From Candidatus Moraniibacteriota bacterium (lineage in GTDB: Bacteria; Patescibacteriota; Minisyncoccia; Moranbacterales; DUUL01), in NCBI GenBank assembly GCA_041583775.1, contig JBFHFF010000002.1, positions 128,274 to 192,273 on the forward strand: a stretch of DNA of 64,000 bases, given 5' to 3'. The position numbers and the translations under genes were made by a program. Under the pieces are notes generated by a model. It did no database searches. It saw nothing but the letters and a program-made list of their open reading frames with translations, and was not told where the DNA came from. Positions 55,515 to 64,000 of this stretch are shown piece after piece. Every line of letters begins with the position of its first letter. Positions within the stretch are counted from its first letter, which is position 1.

Positions 55515-58391
55515 ATGAGTCAAGATGTAATTTATATAAAAGGTGCCAGAGAGCACAACCTGAAAAACATCAACCTTGAGTTACCAAGGGATAAATTTAT
55601 TGTTTTTACAGGGTTGTCTGGAAGCGGAAAGTCAACTCTGGCTTTTGATACAATTTTTGCTGAAGGACAAAGGCGCTATTTAGAGAGTTTATCTAGCTAT
55701 GCCAGACAATTTCTAGGGCAAATGGATAAGCCGGATGTGGATTATATTGAAGGACTTTCGCCTGCAATTTCAATTGATCAAAAAACAGCATCGCATAATC
55801 CTCGTTCAACGGTTGGAACAGTAACAGAGATACATGATTATTTGCGTTTGTTATATGCAAAAATAGGACTACCCCATTGTCCTGTTTGTGGAAAGGAAAT
55901 TTCCAAACTTTCAGTTGATGAAATCGTTGAAAAAATAACTGATTTACCAGAAAATGGGGAAAAAAAATCAAAAATTCAAATTTTAGCACCAATAATAAGG
56001 GAGAGAAAAGGTGAATATAATACTTTGTTAAAGGAAATGTTTCAGCAGGGATTTTCTTATGCCACAGTGGATAATAAGAATGTGAATCTTTTAAATTGGA
56101 AAGAATTGAAGCTAGATAAACAAAAAAAGCACTCAATTAATATTATAATCGATGAAGTAGAGATTACAGCGGATAATCTTAGCAGAATTTACGAAGGAAT
56201 AGAAACTTCTTTGAAAATGGCAGAAGGCTTAGTGAAGATAAAGACGGATAAGCAAGAAAAAGTTTTTAATCAAAGACTTTCTTGTCCAGATCATGAGATT
56301 GAATTTCCTCCTTTAGAACCAAGACTTTTTTCTTTTAATTCACCTTTCGGTGCTTGTGTTGAGTGTGAGGGATTGGGTTTAAAAAAAGAAATTGATAGAA
56401 ATTTGGTGATGCCAGATCAAAACAAAACAATTACTGAAGGTGGTTTTGTTCCTTGGAGTTATAAGAAAAATAATTATTACGGAGCTTTGTTTAATGCTAT
56501 TTGTAAGGAGTTTGGGATTTCACAAAACACTAGAATTAAAGACCTTACATCAAGTGATCGGAAAATAATTCTAGAGGGGCCAGGAAATGAATATGACAAT
56601 AATATTACAATTCAGTATAAATTTAAATCGAGTGCTGGTTATTACAAAATCAAATGGAATGGAATAGTTGATCATTTGATTCAAAGATATTATAAAACCC
56701 AATCAGACGCAGTTAGAAGGGAGATTGAAAAGTATATGAGCAACAAGCCATGTCCGGTTTGTAAAGGTACAAGATTTAACAAAGAAGCCCTATTGGTTAC
56801 TGTTGGGGGAAAAAACATTGCTGAAATTTCTAGTTTATCAGTAAAAAAGTCCATAGAGTTTGTTGATAAGCTTAAACTTACCAAAAGGGAGCAACTCATT
56901 TCTGATAAAATTTTAAAAGAAGTGAAAAATCGTTTAAGTTTTTTGGCTAATGTTGGTTTGGAATATTTAACGCTTTCTAGGACGGCGAATACTATTTCTG
57001 GGGGAGAGGCGCAACGAATCAGATTGGCTTCACAAATTGGATCAGGATTAGTGGGTGTTTTGTATATTTTAGATGAACCATCGATTGGTTTGCATGCCAG
57101 AGATAATACCAAGCTTTTGAAAATGTTGATAAAGTTAAGGGAGCTTGGAAACACAGTAATTGTGATCGAACATGACGAAGAGACTATTAGGAATGCTGAG
57201 TTTATTGTGGACATTGGTCCGGGAGCAGGTTTACACGGAGGAGAGATTACTTTCGCAGGAACAGTTGAAAAAATGTTAAAAGATGAGGAATCAGTTACTG
57301 CGGGTTATCTAAATGGAACCAGAGCAATAGAAACACCAAAAGAAAGAAGAAAGGCAACGAGTAAAAAAATGCTTTCTGTTCGCGGGGCAAATGAACATAA
57401 CTTAAAAAGTGTTAATGTTGAATTTCCAACAAGAGTAATGACTTGTGTGACAGGAGTTTCTGGAAGTGGAAAATCAACTTTAGTAGAAGATATTTTATAC
57501 AAATGGATGTCAAATCGTTTGCAAAGAAGTATGCATGTTCCAGGAAAAGTAAAGGAAATTTTAGGATATCATCATGTCAATAAAGTCATTATGATTGACC
57601 AAAGTCCCATTGGAAGAACGCCAAGATCGAATCCAGCAACATATACAGGCGCTTTTACACCAATCAGAAAACTCTTCGAGAAAACTTCAGGTGCAAAAGA
57701 AAGGGGTTATGCAATGGGAAGATTTTCTTTTAATGTTGCTGGTGGAAGATGTGAAAATTGCAAAGGAGATGGGCAATTGAAGGTGGAGATGCAATTTATG
57801 CCAGATGTGTATCTGCCTTGCGATGTATGCGATGGGAGGAGATATAACAAAGAAACACTTAAAGTTAAATATAAAGGAAAAACAATTGCAGATGTCTTGG
57901 AGATGACAGTAAATCAAGCAGTTGATTTTTTTGAAAATTTTCCTGAAATACACAATAAATTTAAAACGATGCAAGATGTTGGGCTTGGATATATAACAGT
58001 TGGTCAAAGTGCAACAACTCTTTCTGGAGGCGAGGCACAAAGAATTAAACTCGCAACAGAGTTATCTAAAAGAAACACAGGGAACACTCTCTATATACTT
58101 GATGAACCAACAACGGGACTGCACTTTGAAGATGTAAAAAAATTACTAGAAGTACTAAACAGATTAACGGACCTAGGTAACACAGTTGTTATTATTGAAC
58201 ACAACATGGATGTGATTCGTTGTGCTGATTGGATTATTGATCTTGGACCAGAAGGTGGAGATGGTGGAGGAAGAGTGGTGGCTGCTGGAACGCCAGAACA
58301 AGTCGCAAAGCTGGGGGAAGTTAGTTATACAGGAAAATATTTGAAAAAGGCTTTTGAATTGGAGGAGCAAAGAAAAAAGGCGATCCAATAA
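55515..58391 (+). CDS. uvrA: Excinuclease ABC subunit A, the canonical copy
   Basis: GAREHNLKNINLELPRDKFIVFTGLSGSGKSTLAFDT, two ABC modules with signature LSGGEAQRI twice, and zinc-finger Cys clusters. Confidence 0.95.
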   Translation: MSQDVIYIKGAREHNLKNINLELPRDKFIVFTGLSGSGKSTLAFDTIFAEGQRRYLESLSSYARQFLGQMDKPDVDYIEGLSPAISIDQKTASHNPRSTVGTVTEIHDYLRLLYAKIGLPHCPVCGKEISKLSVDEIVEKITDLPENGEKKSKIQILAPIIRERKGEYNTLLKEMFQQGFSYATVDNKNVNLLNWKELKLDKQKKHSINIIIDEVEITADNLSRIYEGIETSLKMAEGLVKIKTDKQEKVFNQRLSCPDHEIEFPPLEPRLFSFNSPFGACVECEGLGLKKEIDRNLVMPDQNKTITEGGFVPWSYKKNNYYGALFNAICKEFGISQNTRIKDLTSSDRKIILEGPGNEYDNNITIQYKFKSSAGYYKIKWNGIVDHLIQRYYKTQSDAVRREIEKYMSNKPCPVCKGTRFNKEALLVTVGGKNIAEISSLSVKKSIEFVDKLKLTKREQLISDKILKEVKNRLSFLANVGLEYLTLSRTANTISGGEAQRIRLASQIGSGLVGVLYILDEPSIGLHARDNTKLLKMLIKLRELGNTVIVIEHDEETIRNAEFIVDIGPGAGLHGGEITFAGTVEKMLKDEESVTAGYLNGTRAIETPKERRKATSKKMLSVRGANEHNLKSVNVEFPTRVMTCVTGVSGSGKSTLVEDILYKWMSNRLQRSMHVPGKVKEILGYHHVNKVIMIDQSPIGRTPRSNPATYTGAFTPIRKLFEKTSGAKERGYAMGRFSFNVAGGRCENCKGDGQLKVEMQFMPDVYLPCDVCDGRRYNKETLKVKYKGKTIADVLEMTVNQAVDFFENFPEIHNKFKTMQDVGLGYITVGQSATTLSGGEAQRIKLATELSKRNTGNTLYILDEPTTGLHFEDVKKLLEVLNRLTDLGNTVVIIEHNMDVIRCADWIIDLGPEGGDGGGRVVAAGTPEQVAKLGEVSYTGKYLKKAFELEEQRKKAIQ

Positions 58392-58431
58392 TATTAATGG
58401 AAAGCCTTTTGTTTTGATATCGCCCGATTTT

Positions 58432-58764
58432 TTATTGGGTGATATCTAAAGGGAATGGGCTTTCGAAAAGTTCAAAAGTCCCAACAAAATGATTCAATAA
58501 AGGGAATTTGTCGCTAATAACCAGAATGTCATTTTTTACAGAAGCGACAATTCTTTCCCCTTGGTACAAAATACCTTTTTTTATCTGCAGCTGCAGAAGC
58601 ACCAAAAGGGGGTTTTCTTCAAACAGAAGCACTAAAAGATTTTCTATATTGCTCGGGATTCCTCTCCTGACTCTTACGGCAATAAAATTTTCCATAGAGC
58701 TCTCCTTATTAGACGCTTGAGATTTTTTTATTTTTAATATAGAACAAATATAAAAAAGCGTCAA
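58432..58764 (-). CDS. Small hypothetical ORF between uvrA and uvrC; possibly spurious
   Basis: 110-aa ORF on the opposite strand in a 400-nt gap, with no motif. Confidence 0.2.
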   Translation of the reverse strand: MTLFYICSILKIKKSQASNKESSMENFIAVRVRRGIPSNIENLLVLLFEENPLLVLLQLQIKKGILYQGERIVASVKNDILVISDKFPLLNHFVGTFELFESPFPLDITQ

Positions 58765-58798
58765 TTAGTTTCAAGGAGAATAATTAAACAAAAGATAA

Positions 58799-60052
58799 AT
58801 GTTCGATTCACTTAAAAATAAACTGAAAAATCTTCCCACAAAACCAGGAGTGTATCTTTTTTATGGCAAAAAAAACTCTCAAAACAAGGAAGAACTTTTA
58901 TATATAGGCAAAGCAACATCGCTTAAAAGTAGAGTCAATTCTTATTTCAAAGAAAAATTAAACTATGAAAGACCAATTGAATTTGTAGTTGAACAAATAA
59001 AAAGAATAGAAACAAAAAAAACAGACTCTGTTCTGGAGGCATATTTTTTAGAACAAGAACTTATTGGACAGCTTCAACCAAAATATAATGTGCTAGGAAA
59101 AGACGATAAATCATTTGTCTATGTTGGTGTGACAAGGGGTGATTTTCCAAGATTTGTTGTTTATAGAAAAACCGATATTGAACAGGGGTTGGCAGATGAA
59201 GTTTCAAAAATGTTCGGGCCTTTTACGGCAAAACATTTAGTAGAGAGTGCTTTAAAGATTTTGCGAAAAATTTTTCCATATCACAACAAAAAAGAAGAGA
59301 CAGAAAAGGGTTGTTTGGATTATCAAATTGGGCTTTGTCCTGGGCCATACGCTGGCCAAATTTCAAAAAAAGACTATGCAAAAAATATTCAAGCAATAGA
59401 GCTTATGTTTCTTGGAAAAAAGAAAATGCTCATCAAAAAAATCAAACGAGAAATGGAAAAATTTGCAAAAAAAGAAGAATTTGAAAAAGCGACCAAACTA
59501 AGAAATCAATTGTTTGCACTTGAGCACATTCAAGATATGGCAATGATTAGTGATAGAAGTAAGCAAAAATTGCATTCTAGTAAAAAGTTGAGAGTTGAGG
59601 GGTATGACATTTCCAATACAGGAGAAAACCAGATAGTTGGCTCTATGGTTGTTTTTGACAACAAATTTGGAACAATGGAGGCAAATAAAAATGAGTATCG
59701 AAAATTTAAAATTCGAGAAAAAAATGGGCAAAATGATCTTATTGCTATGAAAGAGGTTTTAATAAGAAGATTTTCTAACAATTGGGAATTACCGAATCTT
59801 GTTATTATTGATGGAGGAAGCACGCACCTAAGATTAGTCAGGGAGATTTTTTTAGATATGAAAATTCAAGTGCCAATTATTGCTGTTGCAAAAGGACCAA
59901 AAAGGAATAAGTTGGATATTTTTTCATATGGAAAAGTGCCTAAAATAACGAAAAAAACAATTGCTGCAGTTAGAGATGAGGCTCATCGTTTTGCAATTAA
60001 TTATCATCGAAAATTAAGAAGTAAGGCGATGTTTGAAATGAAAAAAGATTAA
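58799..60052 (+). CDS. uvrC: Excinuclease ABC subunit C, a short form lacking the C-terminal (HhH)2 domain
   Basis: GIY-YIG N-terminus (GVYLFYGKKN...LYIGKATSLKSRVNSYF), a UVR motif (KATKLRNQLFALEHI) and the RNase H-like endonuclease domain (VEGYDISNTGENQIVGSMVVFDN). The protein stops at 417 aa. Confidence 0.8.
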   Translation: MFDSLKNKLKNLPTKPGVYLFYGKKNSQNKEELLYIGKATSLKSRVNSYFKEKLNYERPIEFVVEQIKRIETKKTDSVLEAYFLEQELIGQLQPKYNVLGKDDKSFVYVGVTRGDFPRFVVYRKTDIEQGLADEVSKMFGPFTAKHLVESALKILRKIFPYHNKKEETEKGCLDYQIGLCPGPYAGQISKKDYAKNIQAIELMFLGKKKMLIKKIKREMEKFAKKEEFEKATKLRNQLFALEHIQDMAMISDRSKQKLHSSKKLRVEGYDISNTGENQIVGSMVVFDNKFGTMEANKNEYRKFKIREKNGQNDLIAMKEVLIRRFSNNWELPNLVIIDGGSTHLRLVREIFLDMKIQVPIIAVAKGPKRNKLDIFSYGKVPKITKKTIAAVRDEAHRFAINYHRKLRSKAMFEMKKD

Positions 60053-60142
60053 AGAAAAAGTCAGTGACATTTAACATTTTATTCTTTACTTATTCCTCTT
60101 TTTGTAGTAAACTTCATTCTTAGATAAAAGTAACAACCTTTC

Positions 60143-62977
60143 ATGGAGAAACGCAATAAAATCATCATAAAAGAAGCATCTCAGAATAATCTGAAAAAAA
60201 TTAATATCGAAATCCCAAAAGATAAACTGGTCGTGATTACTGGAGTTTCTGGAAGCGGAAAAAGTTCATTAGCATTCGACACCTTATATGCAGAAGGATA
60301 TCGTCGTTATGTAGAAAACTTGTCTTCTCACGCAAGATTTTTTCTCCAATCAATAAAAAAACCAAAAGTAAAAAGTATTACAAATCTTTCACCAGCAATT
60401 GCAATTGATCAAAAAAGTGATTTAAATAATCCTCGTTCAACTGTCGGGACAATAACCGATATTTATGACTTTTTTAGAGTTTTATTTGCTGAGGCTGGCG
60501 AACCAAACTGTTCTTTTTGTGGCCATAAAATGGAAAAACAAGACGAAAAAACATTAATTGAAAAGATACGAAAAATGCCAAAAGGAACCAATATTGCGAT
60601 TTTGGCAAAATGGAATGGAGAGCAAAAAACTGTTAGAGAAAAACTAAATGCAATCACGGGACAAGGCTTTGCAAGGGTTAGAATTGCTGGAAAGATAGCG
60701 ATGGCCTCTCAAATATCAGTTCAGGATTTTGCAGAAGACGAAGAGATACAAGTTGTGGTTGACAGGATAATGCTTTTGCCAAATCGTTTTGACAAGGAAA
60801 GAATCATCGATTCATTGCAATCCGCTGCTAAAATATCAAAAGGGGTGGCAATTGTTCTTATTGACGGTGAACATGTATTAAAATATAGCAAGCAGTTTAG
60901 ATGTTCTTCTTGTGGTAAGGTTCTTGATGATTTAATGCCTAAAAACTTCTCTTTTAATTCTCCAGAGGGTGCATGTGAGCTTTGCACAGGGCTAGGTGTG
61001 GTTTTTCGTGCTGATAGAAACAAAATAATTCCAAGTGAAACAATATCAATCAACGAAGGTGCTATTATGCCATGGAGTAGATGTGGCGGAAGAGTTAATA
61101 AGGAATCTTATCATAGTTTAGTTTTGAAAGCTTTGGCAAAAAAATATAAGTTTAAATTAAATGAACCTATTGGAAAAATTCCTAAAGATAAAATAGATAA
61201 AATATTATATGGCACTGGTGATGAAAAAATCACAATACAAGGCAAGAACACTGCAAGAAGAGAAATTGTTTTTGAAGGAGTTGCTCCGGAGCTAGAAAGT
61301 CGTTATGTTAATGCAGAGTCTTCTTTCGTTCGAAATGAGGTAGAAAAATACTTAACAAAAGTTAAGTGTCCTAAATGTGAAGGAAAGCGTTTGAAAAAAG
61401 AATTTTTAAATGTAAAAGTGCTTGGAAGAACAATAGATGAATATGTAACTTGTGAAATAGAGAAGTTAATAGAAATTCTCAAAAAAGTAAAAAAAGAGGA
61501 AATAATTAAAAGTGAAAATCATTTTCAAGTCAGAATGATGGAGCAGATTTTTGATGAAATAACCTCAAGACTGAAACCATTCGAGGATGTTGGCCTAGGA
61601 TATCTTAACTTAAATCGTAGCAACCAAAGTCTCTCAGGAGGAGAATTTCAAAGAGTGCGATTATCAACACAATTATACAGTGGTTTATCTGATGTAGTGT
61701 ATGTTCTTGATGAACCATCAATTGGACTTCATCCGCGTGATACGCAAAAACTTATTAAAACTTTGCGAAAGTTGCAAAAATGCGGTAATTCAGTTGTTGT
61801 CGTTGAGCATGATAAAGATATTATTTTAGCAGCTGATTATTTAATTGACATCGGTCCAATGGCTGGTGAAGATGGGGGAGAGGTTGTTTTTGAGGGAACA
61901 ATAGAGCAATTAAAAAAAACTGATACGAAAACAAGTAGGTATCTTTTTGGAAAAAAGGGGAGGAAAGAAAAAGTGATTTCAAAAAATAGAACTAGCTCTA
62001 AAAAATTGGTCATAAAAGGAGCAAGGCACAATAATTTAAAAAATTGTGATGTTTCAATTCCTCTATTAAGTCTAGTTTCTGTTGTGGGGGTTTCTGGTGG
62101 GGGAAAAAGCTCTTTAATTAATGATATCTTGGCAAAAGCAATTCGAAGAGAGATACATAGTAGTGCAGAAGCTCCTGGAGAGCACGATAGGATTATTGGT
62201 ATGCAAAATGTTTCAAAAGTCGTTATTGTTGACCAGGGATCTATCGGTAGGTCACCTCGTTCTAACGCGGCAACCTACACAGGAGTCTTTAGTTATATCA
62301 GAAAGCTTTTTGCTCAGACTGAAATTGCTCAAAAGAAAAATTTTACTGCTAGTCATTTTTCTTTTAATATGCGAGGAGGAAGATGTGAATATTGTCAGGG
62401 AGAGGGAGTTAAAAAAATCGAAATGCATCTTCTAAATGATGTTTATACTGATTGTCAGATGTGTAATGGAACAAGGTATAGTAGTAAAATGTTAGAAGTA
62501 AAATATCACGGAGCAACAATTGTTGATGTTTTAGATATGAGTGTCGATTACGCATATCATTTTTTTAGTTCTAACAAAACAATTACAGATAAGTTGGGTG
62601 CATTAAGGAATGTCGGACTTGGGTATTTAAAATTGGGACAAAGTGCAACGGAACTTTCCGGAGGTGAGGCTCAGAGAATTAAATTAGCCTCAGAATTAGC
62701 TAGAAAATCAAATGGAAATACCTTATATATTTTAGATGAGCCAACTATTGGTTTGCATTTTAGCGATGTTCAAAGATTATTGGCAGTCCTTCAGGGGCTT
62801 GTGGATGCTAAAAATTCTGTTTTAGTTGTTGAGCACAACACTGATGTTATCGAAGCCAGTGATTATATTATTGAAATTGGTCCAGAAGGCGGAGTTGCTG
62901 GGGGAAAAGTTGTTTTTGCTGGCGCTTTAAAAGAATTAAAAAAAGCCAAAACTACCACAGGAAAGTTTATTAAATAG
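60143..62977 (+). CDS. uvrA: Second, more divergent full-length UvrA paralog
   Basis: ASQNNLKKINIEIPKDKLVVITGVSGSGKSSLAFDT, both ABC signature motifs (LSGGEFQRVRLS and LSGGEAQRIKLA) and Cys clusters. It has the same length as copy 1 but a lower-identity N-terminus. Confidence 0.9.
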   Translation: MEKRNKIIIKEASQNNLKKINIEIPKDKLVVITGVSGSGKSSLAFDTLYAEGYRRYVENLSSHARFFLQSIKKPKVKSITNLSPAIAIDQKSDLNNPRSTVGTITDIYDFFRVLFAEAGEPNCSFCGHKMEKQDEKTLIEKIRKMPKGTNIAILAKWNGEQKTVREKLNAITGQGFARVRIAGKIAMASQISVQDFAEDEEIQVVVDRIMLLPNRFDKERIIDSLQSAAKISKGVAIVLIDGEHVLKYSKQFRCSSCGKVLDDLMPKNFSFNSPEGACELCTGLGVVFRADRNKIIPSETISINEGAIMPWSRCGGRVNKESYHSLVLKALAKKYKFKLNEPIGKIPKDKIDKILYGTGDEKITIQGKNTARREIVFEGVAPELESRYVNAESSFVRNEVEKYLTKVKCPKCEGKRLKKEFLNVKVLGRTIDEYVTCEIEKLIEILKKVKKEEIIKSENHFQVRMMEQIFDEITSRLKPFEDVGLGYLNLNRSNQSLSGGEFQRVRLSTQLYSGLSDVVYVLDEPSIGLHPRDTQKLIKTLRKLQKCGNSVVVVEHDKDIILAADYLIDIGPMAGEDGGEVVFEGTIEQLKKTDTKTSRYLFGKKGRKEKVISKNRTSSKKLVIKGARHNNLKNCDVSIPLLSLVSVVGVSGGGKSSLINDILAKAIRREIHSSAEAPGEHDRIIGMQNVSKVVIVDQGSIGRSPRSNAATYTGVFSYIRKLFAQTEIAQKKNFTASHFSFNMRGGRCEYCQGEGVKKIEMHLLNDVYTDCQMCNGTRYSSKMLEVKYHGATIVDVLDMSVDYAYHFFSSNKTITDKLGALRNVGLGYLKLGQSATELSGGEAQRIKLASELARKSNGNTLYILDEPTIGLHFSDVQRLLAVLQGLVDAKNSVLVVEHNTDVIEASDYIIEIGPEGGVAGGKVVFAGALKELKKAKTTTGKFIK

Positions 62978-62992
62978 CGAATTTAAAAGAAA

Positions 62993-63928
62993 ATGGATAA
63001 ACAACTAAATAAAAATATTGTTTTCACACTTGCTTATTTTAGTGCAACGAAATATCCATTAACATTATTTGAATTGTGGAGAAATTTATTTCAGGCCGAA
63101 GGGTTAAAAAAACAGTATTCTTTTTATGAAATAAAAGAGGCTACAGAAAGTAAACATCTTGCTTCAAAAATTGACCAAAAAGATGGGATGATTTTTTTAA
63201 GAGGAAGTGATGAATTCGTTAAAGACAGATCAAGGGCTAACAAATTTTCAATAACCAAATTAAAAAAACTTAAATTTTGGGCGAAGGTTTTTGGTGTAGT
63301 CCCTTATGTTAGAGGTGTTTTTTTAACAGGAACACTGTCAATGAAAAATGCAAAACAAAACAGTGACTGGGATGTTTTAGTGGTTTTGGCAAAAAATAGA
63401 ATTTGGCTAGGAAGATTGCTTTTGGCAGTCATGCTTCAACTTATCTGTAAAAGAAGGCATGGCGATAAGGTTGCAGAGCGTTTTTGTTTAAATCACTATA
63501 TAACAGAAAATGCTTTAATTTTAGAAGAGCACAACGAATTTTCTGCTAATTTTATTTCAAGTTCAATGCCGATTTTAGGAGGGGGTATTTATAAAAAATT
63601 TTTACAAATGAATGAATTCTGGATACAAACAATAAAACCAAACTATAAAAAAGAAGAAATCTCTGAAAATGATGTGGAAAGTGTGGAGAATACTGTCATA
63701 AAAAGAAAAGTACAAGTTTTTATGGAAATTGTCCTGGAAAAGACTGGAATGGCAAATTTAGCAAACACTCTTACTAAAGAAGTTATGATAAAAAAAATAA
63801 AGCAAAACCCAAAGACTTATTGGGAAAATGCAGATATCCGTTATGGGGAAACAGCTTTAATTTTTTTACCAAAACCACATAGGATTGAGATGCTCAAAAA
63901 AGCTAGACAGAAAATTTCTGCCTTGTGA
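62993..63928 (+). CDS. Hypothetical protein, possibly a Pol-beta-superfamily nucleotidyltransferase fold
   Basis: GVFLTGTLSMKNAKQNSDWDVLVV resembles the G[SG]...D.D nucleotidyltransferase core; weak. Confidence 0.35.
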   Translation: MDKQLNKNIVFTLAYFSATKYPLTLFELWRNLFQAEGLKKQYSFYEIKEATESKHLASKIDQKDGMIFLRGSDEFVKDRSRANKFSITKLKKLKFWAKVFGVVPYVRGVFLTGTLSMKNAKQNSDWDVLVVLAKNRIWLGRLLLAVMLQLICKRRHGDKVAERFCLNHYITENALILEEHNEFSANFISSSMPILGGGIYKKFLQMNEFWIQTIKPNYKKEEISENDVESVENTVIKRKVQVFMEIVLEKTGMANLANTLTKEVMIKKIKQNPKTYWENADIRYGETALIFLPKPHRIEMLKKARQKISAL

Positions 63929-64000
63929 TTAAAAAGATAATAAAATTCTAGGAAATAATTGAGGTATAACGCTTGAAATTGTTTAAGTTGACAAAATGCT

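Noticed and set aside
1-64000. Alternative genetic code (UGA=Gly, code 25) as used by some CPR lineages
   Set aside because: Long conserved proteins (DnaA, UvrA x2, RecG, RecQ, VirB4) read full-length under the standard code with no internal in-frame stops, so standard code 11 is appropriate.
1-64000. CRISPR arrays, transposases, integrases and prophage genes
   Set aside because: No regularly spaced direct repeats and no recombinase- or transposase-like ORFs were found. The T4SS-like locus lacks relaxase, coupling protein and integrase, so it does not look like an ICE.

Overview
This is a low-GC, gene-dense window that looks like a small-genome Patescibacteria/CPR-type bacterium using the standard genetic code (long housekeeping ORFs such as dnaA, uvrA and recG read through without UGA breaks). 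It contains the replication-origin neighbourhood (dnaA-dnaN-DUF721/DciA-like) with DnaA-box-like sites on both sides of dnaA. Nearby is an AT-rich block with four copies of a 16-bp palindrome. The main candidate system is a 15-kb minus-strand operon (15162..30912). It encodes a minimal monoderm-style type IV secretion/pilus-like apparatus (VirB4 ATPase, VirB6/TrbL-like, PrgI/VirB3-like and a VirB2-like pilin candidate). These are interleaved with a CPBP intramembrane protease, large Ca-binding (thrombospondin type 3 repeat) surface proteins, several proteins without recognisable homologs and a membrane protein fused to a UbiA prenyltransferase domain. Other content is a surface-glycan cluster (GT2, two tandem O-antigen-ligase-like proteins, GT4s, ArnT/PMT-like) and seven tRNAs, six of which lack an encoded CCA and sit next to a CCA-adding enzyme with a large insertion. 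DNA repair genes are recQ, recG and uvrA-uvrC-uvrA (two uvrA paralogs). Housekeeping genes are secA (partial), murB, murI, metG, tatD and rarA. I see no CRISPR arrays, transposases or integrases.
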